Source: a virus (taxonomy: Duplodnaviria; Caudoviricetes). Taken from it: a stretch of 46,884 nt of DNA. Every line of letters starts with the position of its first letter. The first letter of the stretch is position 1. The position numbers were made by a program, and so were the translations under genes. The notes beneath the pieces were generated by a model, which was not told the origin of the DNA, ran no database searches, and worked only from the letters and a program-made list of their open reading frames with translations. The stretch spans positions 1-46,884 of IMG/VR virus record IMGVR_UViG_3300037424_002473; one strand, given 5' to 3'. This document shows, piece after piece, positions 1-9,702 of this stretch.

Positions 1-75
1 AGTCGGTGCATCCTGATAGTTTTTTTAACGGCGGATAAAGTTCCAGGGCGCTGATAGACGAAATGAAGCTACAAC

Positions 76-209
76 CCGTAACAAGCCATCAAAAAAAATT
101 GCGGGGGTTTGGCAATTCTCAAACTTATTGCTATCTTCAAACTTTATTAACGGGTGATACCGAAACAGGGCGAAAATCCCGCACTTTTTTTATGGCTGAA
201 CCGTTAGCG
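76..209 (+). repeat. attC-like cassette recombination site 1 (134 bp)
   Basis: CCGTAAC ... GTTAGCG termini; internal inverted arms AGCCAT-C-A8-TTGCGGG / CCCGCAC-T7-ATGGCT; near-identical to 962-1095. Confidence 0.8.
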
Positions 210-1089
210 GTAATTAATATTATTTAAATAACCTTTTGTGTTGGTTGTTAGATTGATAAATAAAATATTTAAATAAAAACCTATGATAATTGCAACTTTC
301 TTTGAGACTACTTTTACAGAAGTACTTGGATTATTTTTTAGCTTTTTGACACTAATATTTGCTTTTTTTATCTATAGAAACTTTGATCTAAAGAAGACTC
401 ATAAGAATAAGCAACTTGACACATTACTTGAATTGATACAGGAGATAAATAATACATTAGTTTCTGTGCATTTCTGTAGTAAAATTCCTGAATATGTATT
501 ATCAAAACATCCAGACTTAGCTAAAAAGAGCAAAGTGACATTTGATACATGGTATTTTTCATTATTCAGAATTGGAATAGTTGTTAATGAAAAGCCAAAA
601 TATGAAAGAGTCTTTTTAACTGAAAATATCATGGAAACGTTTCCATTTCTTTCATATATTAATAATCCTCTTATACCAAAATCTATTGCTAATCGATTAA
701 ATAATTTCTATTCTCCTTTTGTAAATTTTTGCTCAATAGAAAATGCACCTGAAAAGCATGTAATTATTGAACTAAGAAATGAGCTAAATAAAAAAGCAAT
801 GTATCAATACCCTGACTATATTGATGCTTTTAAAAGTTGGGATAGTTTTATTAAATGTGCAAGCGAATTAAAAGTTGAAATCGAAAAATGGTTAAAGAAA
901 TATGGTTCTAAAGACATAAATTTTAATCTGTATTTACAAGACAAAAAATAATATTAACAACCGCTAACAAGCCATCAGAAAAAATTGCGGGGGTTTGGCA
1001 ATTCTCAAACTTATTACTATCTTCAAACTTTATTAACGGGTGATACCGAAACAGGGCGGAATTCCCGCACTTTTTCTATGGCTGAACCG
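204..1089 (+). mobile_element. gene cassette A (single ORF)
   Basis: Starts (G)TTAGCGG; its own site begins CCGCTAAC (961-968), the exact reverse complement, as expected for an integrated circular cassette. Confidence 0.75.
283..951 (+). CDS. hypothetical protein with N-terminal transmembrane helix (cassette gene)
   Basis: 222 aa ORF filling the cassette; hydrophobic segment LGLFFSFLTLIFAFFIY. Confidence 0.75.
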   Translation: MIIATFFETTFTEVLGLFFSFLTLIFAFFIYRNFDLKKTHKNKQLDTLLELIQEINNTLVSVHFCSKIPEYVLSKHPDLAKKSKVTFDTWYFSLFRIGIVVNEKPKYERVFLTENIMETFPFLSYINNPLIPKSIANRLNNFYSPFVNFCSIENAPEKHVIIELRNELNKKAMYQYPDYIDAFKSWDSFIKCASELKVEIEKWLKKYGSKDINFNLYLQDKK

Positions 1090-1095
1090 TTATAG
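962..1095 (+). repeat. attC-like site 2 (134 bp)
   Basis: CGCTAAC ... GTTATAG; only a few differences from site 1. Confidence 0.8.
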
Positions 1096-1248
1096 GGCAT
1101 TTTATCAAAAGTACGAAAGAGACTAATGCAATATTAACACAATATACCAAACCAATTTTGGGCAGAAAAATTCCAACCAATTAGCAAAAATTTCATACTT
1201 AAAGAGTAATGCATTGCTATAACAATGGTAAAGCTATTGGATATTTGT

Positions 1249-1291
1249 AAAAAACAGTACCAAAATATTCATATTTTCGATACTGTTTTTT
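1249..1291. terminator. bidirectional intrinsic terminator-like hairpin
   Basis: AAAAAACAGTA ... TACTGTTTTTT; probably the original terminator of the minus-strand RiPP operon. Confidence 0.55.
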
Positions 1292-1787
1292 ATAATGTGC
1301 AGAAAATTATAAGGGTAATATCTAATAGTAATAATATTTTGCCCGAAAAAAAATTATTATATACTTGATTATATCTATTGTTGAGCTATTTTTGCGCTCA
1401 AATTTAATGCAAAACGAGAAGTAAAAAAAATATCATAGTGTATCATTATCTTACCATTTAAGTATCACTTTACGAAAGAACGTATATTATTTTTACCACA
1501 TACACCGTAATATTTCATTTTAACACTCGTTACTTAGCGATCTAACTATGTGCTATAATAGTTAGTATTTTTTTAAAAGTGTGTGACAGTTGAGCTATAA
1601 CTAGCAATGTTATAAGCATGGTATTGTATTGCACATACTTTACGTACTATACTGTATAACATTACTTTGCATTATACTCAAAAACCAAAAGATGTGTGAC
1701 AACATGAATTTGAAAGGGCTATAACTGTAGTAGTTACCTGTGGAATCTTATCTGTAATTTTCTGTGGGCTGTACTATATCTGCTAAA

Positions 1788-2243
1788 TTATGCGGAGTTG
1801 CGTTTGCGAGATGCTTCATACTCGGCGTTTTTGTGTAAGGCTTCTTTTAGCATTTCTCTACAATCTAATTTATCATTTCTTAAATCTGTAACCTGCTGTG
1901 TTAGTATCTTTACCTGTTCCTTTAGAGAATCTATTATACGCTCTTTTTCTAAACAATGACTACACTCTCCTGGTGTTTCTTCTAATTGTATATTTTTAGA
2001 ATTTACCTTAACATTTATGTTATCATTTAGGTTAACATTTAGGTTAACATCATCAGATGTAAAATACTCAAAAGAAATATTAAATATACGTATAAATTTT
2101 ATTATTAAATCAAGTGAAGGTTGTATTTTACCACTCTCTATTTGAGAAATAGGGGATTGTTTTATATTCAACTTCTCCGCTAATTGAGCTTGTGTTAGTC
2201 CAAAATGCTTTCGTAACTCCCTTATTTTCTTACTAAAGTCCAT
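1788..2243 (-). CDS. XRE-family HTH prophage repressor
   Basis: IRELRKHFGLTQAQLAEKLNIKQSPISQIESG HTH; C-terminal coiled coil; at left end, divergent from early operon. Confidence 0.85.
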   Translation of the reverse strand: MDFSKKIRELRKHFGLTQAQLAEKLNIKQSPISQIESGKIQPSLDLIIKFIRIFNISFEYFTSDDVNLNVNLNDNINVKVNSKNIQLEETPGECSHCLEKERIIDSLKEQVKILTQQVTDLRNDKLDCREMLKEALHKNAEYEASRKRNSA

Positions 2244-2269
2244 AAAATATTAAAATTCCTTATAAATAA

Positions 2270-2301
2270 TTTGGATAATATACGTATTGCGTATATATTT
2301 G
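2270..2301 (+). promoter_or_regulatory. early promoter with overlapping palindromic operator
   Basis: TTTG (2270-2273)-N20-TATATTTG (2294-2301) matches the Bacteroidota consensus; ATATACG-N5-CGTATAT at 2278-2296. Confidence 0.7.
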
Positions 2302-2323
2302 TCATTAAAAATTAACCAAATTT

Positions 2324-2563
2324 ATGAGTAATAATTTGAAAAAACAATATCGGGGAAAAAGATGGCCTACAACACCGATGGTTGTGGCAGAGATTTGCGG
2401 ATTCTCAAAAGAGCATGTAAGCCGCATTATGAATGGCAAAGTTAAGAAAGATCGCAACCAGGTTGTTAGGGAGAACTATTTATTCAGGCAACATGTAGAT
2501 CAATACATCAAGACCCGAAAAGCAGAAAAACAATTAGAAATCGAAAGGAACCGCTTGGGGTAA
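2324..2563 (+). CDS. Cro/Ner-like small DNA-binding protein
   Basis: VAEICGFSKEHVSRIMNG HTH; position opposite the repressor. Confidence 0.7.
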   Translation: MSNNLKKQYRGKRWPTTPMVVAEICGFSKEHVSRIMNGKVKKDRNQVVRENYLFRQHVDQYIKTRKAEKQLEIERNRLG

Positions 2564-2588
2564 TGTTGTCACACACACTTTCAAAGCA

Positions 2589-2637
2589 TCCCGGAAAAAG
2601 GCATGATGCTGCCCGATCGAATCGGGCTCCGGGAACT
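2589..2637 (+). ncRNA. tRNA-like mini-structure (not a tRNA)
   Basis: 7-bp closing stem TCCCGGA/TCCGGGA, small GCAT/ATGC hairpin, 5-bp stem with 7-nt loop ATCGAAT. Confidence 0.45.
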
Positions 2638-3064
2638 AAATAGAACCAATTAAAATTTGCACAAGAAACAGAATAACAGATAAACAAAATGAGAACACGC
2701 AAACGAACTCTGACAAAGAAAAGATTACACGTTTACCTTCGAAAACTGGTTCGATTTTTTGGTTACTCTCAAGTGCTGTTCTTATACTTTCCTCAAAGCG
2801 TTTCGAAGTTTTGCTTTGATAAAACAATGACTGATATGAGACGAAAATCCCTGAAAGGATACTCAGTGCAAGTAATGCTATGGCCAAAATATATAGATGA
2901 GATAAGGTTTGGTTGTTATTATTGTAAAAAGCAACAAGAATACCAAAAACCGTTGTTGCAACAAACACTAAACTCCTGTACCATTCTGATTTATTTACTA
3001 TGTATTGGTTCTTTAGATCAGCACTTTTACTTAGGTTGTCTTCATAGTATTTTAAATTATTCAT
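2636..3064 (-). CDS. membrane protein (3 predicted TM), antisense moron
   Basis: ATG start, three hydrophobic segments, TAACTTCG -7-like box upstream (3099-3106, minus strand). Confidence 0.7.
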   Translation of the reverse strand: MNNLKYYEDNLSKSADLKNQYIVNKSEWYRSLVFVATTVFGILVAFYNNNNQTLSHLYILAIALLALSILSGIFVSYQSLFYQSKTSKRFEESIRTALESNQKIEPVFEGKRVIFSLSEFVCVFSFCLSVILFLVQILIGSI

Positions 3065-3177
3065 AACAACAATTTTATAGGTTAAACAATGGAAACCCCG
3101 AAGTTAATAAAAAAACTTGTAAGCCTTAAACATCGGAACAGGCCGGGGAGCAAACAGATAATTAATTTTTACGAAAT

Positions 3178-3402
3178 ATGAATTTGAAAACTCTTTTAAC
3201 AAATACCCTGGCTTTTCTTCTGTTAAGCCTTATGTATGATAAGATATGCAGCTTTTTAGCAATAGAACTCAATATTATTAATATGAAAGTTCCTATTGCT
3301 CCCCTTAACAAGGCTAACATCATTCCTTTAATTGTAGGGTTTATTTCAATGAGTATCATAGTTTATTATTTAAGAAAATCAAAGGTAAAAAAACAATTAT
3401 AA
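3178..3402 (+). CDS. small 2-TM hypothetical protein
   Basis: 74 aa, two hydrophobic segments, ends 9 bp before the transposase. Confidence 0.5.
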   Translation: MNLKTLLTNTLAFLLLSLMYDKICSFLAIELNIINMKVPIAPLNKANIIPLIVGFISMSIIVYYLRKSKVKKQL

Positions 3403-3411
3403 ACCGTAACA

Positions 3412-5730
3412 GTGCCAGTACTTATAAACGACATATTATTTATTGAAGGCAGAAAGCTTGTAAAGAAGAGAATTATATCAAGTGGAAGTTTAAGAGTTGA
3501 GCTTACTAGGCAACGAAATGGGAAATTACAGTGCTGGAGGTATGAACGTTTTACACATAATTATCCTGATGAATTTATACAACATCGAATTGATAGCCGA
3601 AAAGGAGTGGTATATTTTTACTTCGAAAGCCTGCGAGATAAATACAAAGAAGCAATCAAGGATAAATTATGCAAAGGACATGATCCTTATTTATATGCAG
3701 TAAACAAGAATGAGATATTAAAACAAGAGCGCAACGAGCAGTCTCGAAGATTAAGGCTAGACTTACAAGCTCGTGAACTGGAACTACGCAAAGAAGATTA
3801 CACCAACGAACTACCAAAACTTATTAAAATCAGTTATTCAGATGAAAATTACCTGATACAAAATGGTTTATCGGTAAAAGAAGCCGGGCAAATGGCTCGT
3901 ACTTGCGGATGGCTTGATTTATTGGCTGCTATGAAACCTAAAAAAGCTCGTGAGTTTGGCTTTGAAAATATGCCTGCTTTCCGTGAGTATGTTTTTAATA
4001 CAATGGCATCGGAGTTTAAACAAGGTTTAATCAAGTTTAAAGATGGTATGCCGAGTAATATTCAAATCTTAGGACGTTACGAACGTGATTGGAAAGATAA
4101 TGGCCCTAAATGTATGCTAACAGGCCGTAGAGGAAATACAAACCGTTCAATTATTGGTAAATCTACCGATAATGAAGTACTAATGGTAGGCCGTTACAAT
4201 ATAAAAGAATGGCATGCAGCTACTATCATAACGATATATACTAACCCGGGAGATTCACGCAAGTTTGATAAAGAAGAAACATACCGCCGATATAAACGCC
4301 AATGCGAAAAAGCAGATAAACGTCCTGCAAGTATAGGTGCAATGAAGCGATTCTTAAACGATCAGGCAGTTAATGTATTCTGCATGGGTGAGCGTGACGG
4401 TTATAAGGAACTTGATAAACTTATGCCTTCGGTTCGAAGAGAAAAGCCTAAAATGTCGCTTATTAAAGGTGGTTTTGATGGATTCCAGGTTGATTTTTAC
4501 AGCGAAATTGATGGAGCAAATATTATGCTAACCGTGGAGGCTCTGTTTGATTATTCGAGCGATGCCATTACAGGTTTTGATATAGGACTTGTTGAAAATG
4601 GTTTAATGGTTCGCAATATGCTACGTTCGCATTTTGCATTAAACGATAACCGTGGATTTATAGAACTGGAGTCGGATCGTGGAACAACAAACTTAAGCGC
4701 AGCCAGTAAATCAATTATCAATCGTTGTTGTGGCACTTTTAAAGCTCCTGCACCAAATTGGCCAGTGAATGTTCCTGGAAAGAAAAAGCCATCGAATCCA
4801 AAAGGAAGGCGTGTAGAGCGAATTGTAAGGGAAGTTAACCGTATTGCTCAAAATATGGAAGGATGGAAAGGCGGTAACGTTAAATCGGTGCGAAGTAACA
4901 TGGAACCAAATCCTGATTATAAATTAAATAATCTTCCAAAAGGATTAGAAGCGGCCAAACAAGCTGTTATTTCACTCATCAATGCTTACAATCACGAAAA
5001 ATTAAAGAATGGTGCAAGCCGTTGGGATAATTATATTAACAATATTAATACCGATGCTCCTGTAATATTGCCATTACAACAAAGCCTAATACTTAACGAG
5101 TGGAGCATTACAACAGTACGTGCCGGATTGGTATCGGTTGAGCTGGATAAAGAAACATACGAGTTTGATTTCTGGAATTACCTTGATTATGCACATAAAT
5201 TAAATAAAGGTTTTAAATGCCGTGTGAGCTTTGATCCACAGCGAGCCGATAAAGCTTTGATTTTTGCTTTTGACGAAAAAGACAGGAATAATACAGAAAA
5301 AGACAGGTTTGTATGCGAAATAACCAAACTTAAACGAGTAAAAGAAGCTCTTTATGAGCAAACAGATGATGATCGTAAAGAGCTTGGTCGCCAACATTCA
5401 AACAGAAATAAGGTCATTTTATCACAACATAGAAAATACTTAGAATTACAGGCATCGAAAATGGACTTAGACATAGGTGATATGGACATTAAAGACGCTC
5501 AAAAAATTGTTAGCGGAGCACTTTTAAGCGAAGGAATTGATTGTATTGAAAGTTTTACCGAGAGATTTGGTACTCCGTTAAATTCTAAGGAAGCAAAACG
5601 CCAGGAAGAGTTTTACAAAGAGATGTTATTGCCAGGGATTAATATTCCGGTGCGAAGTTTACCTGCAGAAAACAACGAGTCTGAAAAGCGCAAACATCAA
5701 CGAAAGAAATTTGCAAAAAAAGCAATATAA
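3412..5730 (+). CDS. MuA-like DDE transposase
   Basis: Candidate triad GFDG ... ESDRG ... KGRRVER; followed by AAA ATPase; GTG start. Confidence 0.8.
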   Translation: MPVLINDILFIEGRKLVKKRIISSGSLRVELTRQRNGKLQCWRYERFTHNYPDEFIQHRIDSRKGVVYFYFESLRDKYKEAIKDKLCKGHDPYLYAVNKNEILKQERNEQSRRLRLDLQARELELRKEDYTNELPKLIKISYSDENYLIQNGLSVKEAGQMARTCGWLDLLAAMKPKKAREFGFENMPAFREYVFNTMASEFKQGLIKFKDGMPSNIQILGRYERDWKDNGPKCMLTGRRGNTNRSIIGKSTDNEVLMVGRYNIKEWHAATIITIYTNPGDSRKFDKEETYRRYKRQCEKADKRPASIGAMKRFLNDQAVNVFCMGERDGYKELDKLMPSVRREKPKMSLIKGGFDGFQVDFYSEIDGANIMLTVEALFDYSSDAITGFDIGLVENGLMVRNMLRSHFALNDNRGFIELESDRGTTNLSAASKSIINRCCGTFKAPAPNWPVNVPGKKKPSNPKGRRVERIVREVNRIAQNMEGWKGGNVKSVRSNMEPNPDYKLNNLPKGLEAAKQAVISLINAYNHEKLKNGASRWDNYINNINTDAPVILPLQQSLILNEWSITTVRAGLVSVELDKETYEFDFWNYLDYAHKLNKGFKCRVSFDPQRADKALIFAFDEKDRNNTEKDRFVCEITKLKRVKEALYEQTDDDRKELGRQHSNRNKVILSQHRKYLELQASKMDLDIGDMDIKDAQKIVSGALLSEGIDCIESFTERFGTPLNSKEAKRQEEFYKEMLLPGINIPVRSLPAENNESEKRKHQRKKFAKKAI

Positions 5731-5748
5731 AAAACGGCTGCCATTGGC

Positions 5749-6777
5749 ATGGCAACCGCTAAAATTAATACTAATACTAATTTTAAATTAAAAGCTATGA
5801 CAAAAGTAAGTATTACAAATCCTTTAACATCAGAAACAAAGGAAAAAATTGTTTTAACTGTTGAAAATTACATTGAAAACCGCAAAGGAACAGCCGGATT
5901 TTTGGTTGACAACTTCTTAAAATCGGTTGAAGGCGTAAACAAAACAGATTGGAGTTATATGCGCAATCGTAACTGGGATAAAGTACGTACGGTAAGATCT
6001 GGAAAAGAAGTATTATCGAGTGTTAAAGATATTAAGTTTTTAAATCTTGGAAGAGCTGTAGGGTTGGAATTTGAAGGCGATTATTGGCAACACTTTAATA
6101 CAGACAATTACATGATGATATGTAATGTGATCAGTGAAGCCAGGACACGTAAAATACCTTATTGTATTGATGGTGATACCGGACAAGGTAAAACATACAG
6201 CATTTCACGCTATCACCAGGAACGTTCGGCAGATACTTTTGTGGTACGATGTGCAGGTGATATGAGCGTGAAAGATTTTATTGTTGAAGTTGCTGAAGCT
6301 GTAGGTTGCGAAGCTGTTGGAAGTAAAGTTCAAGTACGAAAAAGAATTGTAAGGCATCTTTCCAAGAAAAATGATCCGGTATTAATTATTGATGAAGCCG
6401 AAAACTTAAAAGACGGTGCGTATGATGGTATTAAAGCCATGATGGATGATTTAAAAGGCATTTGCCCGATCGTTATTGTTGGAGCAAATGATTACCAGTC
6501 GAAGCTTCAGAAACTTGCCGAAAAGAAAAAGAAAAGCTTTCCACAGATATATTCAAGATTAAAAGAAGGTGGTTTTAACCGACTGTTTGAAATGGGACGT
6601 GAAGATGTAAGCGGTATTTGTAATGCTTTAAATATAAAAGATAAGAGCCTGATAGGATTATTAGCAAATTACTGTAGTAATATGAGAGAGTTATCGGGTA
6701 CTATAACCACATTGCTTAAAGAAGCTGATCAGGCAGGACGCCCTGTTGATTCTGCATTATTTAAAGCTATTATTTAA
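5749..6777 (+). CDS. MuB-like AAA+ ATPase (start possibly 5797)
   Basis: Walker A GDTGQGKT, Walker B LIIDEAE. Confidence 0.85.
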   Translation: MATAKINTNTNFKLKAMTKVSITNPLTSETKEKIVLTVENYIENRKGTAGFLVDNFLKSVEGVNKTDWSYMRNRNWDKVRTVRSGKEVLSSVKDIKFLNLGRAVGLEFEGDYWQHFNTDNYMMICNVISEARTRKIPYCIDGDTGQGKTYSISRYHQERSADTFVVRCAGDMSVKDFIVEVAEAVGCEAVGSKVQVRKRIVRHLSKKNDPVLIIDEAENLKDGAYDGIKAMMDDLKGICPIVIVGANDYQSKLQKLAEKKKKSFPQIYSRLKEGGFNRLFEMGREDVSGICNALNIKDKSLIGLLANYCSNMRELSGTITTLLKEADQAGRPVDSALFKAII

Positions 6778-6778
6778 G

Positions 6779-7027
6779 ATGGAGGTTGCTATGATTTTGG
6801 AAGAAAGCTATCCATTTACATGCCCTTCGTGTGGTAAAATTCAGAATGTATTAGTTAAAAATACAGACACTTCGATAAGTATTTATCATGCATGTATTGG
6901 CTGCAATGAATTATTACACCTTACTCCGAACGAAAACAGCTATATGGATGCTGAATTGTGGGCTAAGCACTTAAATAATGTAAGACAAAGGAATAAGGAC
7001 ATATTGTTTTTTGATGAATTAATTTAA
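6779..7027 (+). CDS. small Zn-ribbon protein
   Basis: CPSC ... CIGC; ATG right after the ATPase stop. Confidence 0.55.
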   Translation: MEVAMILEESYPFTCPSCGKIQNVLVKNTDTSISIYHACIGCNELLHLTPNENSYMDAELWAKHLNNVRQRNKDILFFDELI

Positions 7028-7032
7028 GCATT

Positions 7033-7446
7033 ATGACCACAGACACTACACATAAACAAGTTATTAAGCACAGAATGCAGGCCACTAAAGGTGAGATTTG
7101 TAAGCTTTTATGTTTGACACCTGATGCTTATGAAACCATGAGGTATGATTTAGCTATTGCATGGCTCGAATACCAGGGATATTTTGAAGTAACAGCCCGA
7201 ATATACATCCTGTCTAAAACATTCTTTAACTGGTGGTATCAGCGTTTATATACCATTGAATGCCAGTTTTTACAAAATTACTCCAGACGTTATAATGCCA
7301 ATGTTCTAAGGAATCAGTACATGAATCAGGCTTTGACATTAAAATTAAGGCCATCGAGAATAGTAATGGAAGCCATTAGAAACGAAGGTTTACAAGCGTT
7401 AGAACGAAATCCTAAATTAAAAACAACTAAAATATTTGCAGAATGA
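7033..7446 (+). CDS. phage early hypothetical protein
   Basis: Tightly packed co-directional ORF. Confidence 0.65.
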   Translation: MTTDTTHKQVIKHRMQATKGEICKLLCLTPDAYETMRYDLAIAWLEYQGYFEVTARIYILSKTFFNWWYQRLYTIECQFLQNYSRRYNANVLRNQYMNQALTLKLRPSRIVMEAIRNEGLQALERNPKLKTTKIFAE

Positions 7447-7691
7447 AAAAGCCAAATAGAGAAAGAGAACTTCTAGCTGAAATAAGGCTGCTTGAGACAA
7501 GAGCCGCAGAGCGTAAAACATATTGCATGAACAATATTGATGCTGCTAATTACGATGAAGTAAGCCGTGATTACCGGGCTGTAATGGTAAAGATAGAAGC
7601 TAAGAAACAGCAGCTTCGCCAACTAAATAGCTCTATAGATATTATGGAACAACATATACGAATAACACCAGGAATAAAATGTGTGCTGTAA
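7443..7691 (+). CDS. phage early hypothetical coiled-coil protein
   Basis: 4-bp overlap with upstream ORF. Confidence 0.6.
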   Translation: MKKPNRERELLAEIRLLETRAAERKTYCMNNIDAANYDEVSRDYRAVMVKIEAKKQQLRQLNSSIDIMEQHIRITPGIKCVL

Positions 7692-7873
7692 TAAAGAGGA
7701 AAACATTAAACTCTGTAGTTATATGCGAAGAATGCCAGGGAAAAGGTATTGTTTGGAAAAGAGAGTTTAAAGGACATACAGAAGGCTATGAAGCTACTCC
7801 TGAAACATGTCCTTTGTGTAAAGGGCATAAGGTTTTAAATCGAAAAGTAACCATTGAATTATTCACTATTTAA
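7679..7873 (+). CDS. DnaJ-type Zn-finger small protein
   Basis: CEECQGKG ... CPLCKG. Confidence 0.65.
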   Translation: MCAVIKRKTLNSVVICEECQGKGIVWKREFKGHTEGYEATPETCPLCKGHKVLNRKVTIELFTI

Positions 7874-7886
7874 ACACTATTTAAAC

Positions 7887-8546
7887 ATGATTGACATTGA
7901 AAAAATGACTCCTGAAGAACAGGACAGAGCTTTACAACAATTATTGGCTAAGAAAGAAGCCGAGAAAGCAAGAATAAAAGATGATCGCATTATTTATAAA
8001 GAACTTGCATCGAAAGCAGTTGACGAAATGTTTATTCCATTACAAAATGCCAGTAGTGCATTATCGGATTTGAAAAAGCTTGTATTTGACAATTTTGCCC
8101 ACATTATTGAGCTAAAAAAAGAGCTTTACGAAGTTAAGTCGGAACAACAAAGCCATACTTTTAGTAACGATGAAGGCACAAAGCGAATTACTATGGGGTA
8201 TCGGGTACTTGATCGTTACGATGATACTGCTGAAGCAGGTATTGCAAAAGTGCGTGAGTATATGGATAGCCTTGCTAGAGATGCTGATAGTGCAAAACTT
8301 GTAAATATGATTAACTCATTGCTTAAACGTGATCCGAAAGGTAATTTGAAAGCAAACCGAGTTCTTGAGTTGCAGAAACTTGCAGCCGAAAGTGATTCTG
8401 AGATTTTTAACGATGGAGTACAGATTATATCAGATGCTCATAAGCCCCAAAAATCAAGCGATTTTATTGAAGCTGATTGGAAAGATGCGCATGGTAAGTG
8501 GCATAGTGTTGCTTTAAGTATTTCAAGTGTAGATTTTCCTCAATAA
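7887..8546 (+). CDS. DUF3164-like Mu-phage early protein
   Basis: SHTF..RITMG..YDDTAEAGI pattern and position; ATG at 7887 preferred over the upstream TTG. Confidence 0.65.
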   Translation: MIDIEKMTPEEQDRALQQLLAKKEAEKARIKDDRIIYKELASKAVDEMFIPLQNASSALSDLKKLVFDNFAHIIELKKELYEVKSEQQSHTFSNDEGTKRITMGYRVLDRYDDTAEAGIAKVREYMDSLARDADSAKLVNMINSLLKRDPKGNLKANRVLELQKLAAESDSEIFNDGVQIISDAHKPQKSSDFIEADWKDAHGKWHSVALSISSVDFPQ

Positions 8547-8547
8547 A

Positions 8548-8589
8548 CCCGACTGGCAGTCCTCCCGGTTCGAGACCGGGACGGGAGCA
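8548..8589 (+). ncRNA. second tRNA-like mini-structure
   Basis: CCCG/CGGG closing stem, ACTG/CAGT hairpin, CCCGG-TTCGAGA-CCGGG T-arm mimic. Confidence 0.45.
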
Positions 8590-8632
8590 AATCAAGTAAA
8601 AAGATTAAAGTATCAAGATAAAAGCTGTAAAA

Positions 8633-9007
8633 ATGGAAGCTATCATAAAAGAAATTGAGAGAAAGAAAGCTGAATTATTAAAGTTAAATAAAAAACTCGA
8701 TGATGCCGGGAAAGCAAAGTATAATTTTTTGATTGGCAAATGCTACAGTCTTGCTGCCACGTGCAAAATAAAGGTGATTAATATCATGTCAATTGATGAA
8801 AGATATAACTCCATAAATATTGAATGTATTAGGATTCAGGGAGGAAAACATGATAAAGGCAGAATTGAAGTTGATATCAATGGAGATTACGACTTGAGTT
8901 TCTGTGACATTGATGAAAAATGTATAACTGAAATAAGTCAAGAGAAATTTATGGAGTTTCTTTTTGAAGCTCTGGAAGAAACCAGAAAAACTCTAGAAAA
9001 TATATAA
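8633..9007 (+). CDS. hypothetical protein
   Basis: ORF with A-rich leader in early operon. Confidence 0.6.
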   Translation: MEAIIKEIERKKAELLKLNKKLDDAGKAKYNFLIGKCYSLAATCKIKVINIMSIDERYNSINIECIRIQGGKHDKGRIEVDINGDYDLSFCDIDEKCITEISQEKFMEFLFEALEETRKTLENI

Positions 9008-9025
9008 AGAAATAATTCATTAGGC

Positions 9026-9250
9026 ATGGGAAAAGATTCAGGTTCTTTAGTTCGGTATATCGATAGCGATGGGCAGGTACGGCAAGGAATAGTTAAGCAT
9101 AGCGAACAGTCCGAAGAATTTAAAAAGTACAATAAAGTATTAATAAGACTACTAAACAACGATATGACGGTGAAAAAGGATGAGCATGGCAAGGAGATCG
9201 TTGTCTTAAAAGATAGCAGTAAAGTCATTATTACAGGATTTATAGATTAA
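9026..9250 (+). CDS. hypothetical protein
   Basis: Packed ORF in early operon. Confidence 0.6.
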   Translation: MGKDSGSLVRYIDSDGQVRQGIVKHSEQSEEFKKYNKVLIRLLNNDMTVKKDEHGKEIVVLKDSSKVIITGFID

Positions 9251-9255
9251 GCAAT

Positions 9256-9702
9256 ATGATACCAATAGAAGACCAAATAGATTTTATTAAAACTGAATAT
9301 GACGTAAGTATGGACTTGTACGAACAAACAGATTCGAAAAGTTACATTACTGATATGAATATGTATTCTGCAATTCTTAAAAGTCTAAAGACATTACAAA
9401 GTAACGATTCATTGTTACAACGAAAGTGTTTACACTGTGAAACTTCTTTTACTACTTCCAACTCTAAAAAGCTGTTTTGTTCGGTTAAATGCCGTGTTGC
9501 TTATTTCAGGGCAGAGAACCGACTAAAAGAGTTTACTGAAAAAGTATGGGGGATTTTACTTCAGAAAGAGTCAGATCCTAAGTTTGCAATGGGTGTGCTT
9601 ATAGTTCCTGAAGATTATTGCCCTTACGCAGTTGAATACAAAGGTAATGTATACGAAGGTAAAACAACACGTGAGATATTAACTAAACTAAAAAAAGCAT
9701 GA
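9256..9702 (+). CDS. hypothetical protein with Zn finger
   Basis: CLHC ... FCSVKC. Confidence 0.6.
   Translation: MIPIEDQIDFIKTEYDVSMDLYEQTDSKSYITDMNMYSAILKSLKTLQSNDSLLQRKCLHCETSFTTSNSKKLFCSVKCRVAYFRAENRLKEFTEKVWGILLQKESDPKFAMGVLIVPEDYCPYAVEYKGNVYEGKTTREILTKLKKA

Noticed and set aside
1-60. AACGGCGGA…GGGCG resembling the middle of site 5
   Set aside because: No right arm or GTT end and truncated by the window edge; cannot be called
2010-2051. Tandem TTTAGGTTAACAT repeat in the repressor gene
   Set aside because: Encodes a low-complexity VNLN linker; no evidence of a separate function
2689-3066. 125-aa plus-strand ORF
   Set aside because: Shadow of the minus-strand membrane gene, which has a clearer protein pattern and promoter
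8548-8589. tRNA gene or tRNA-derived att site
   Set aside because: No D or anticodon arm; the phage uses a DDE transposase. Kept only as a tRNA-like structure
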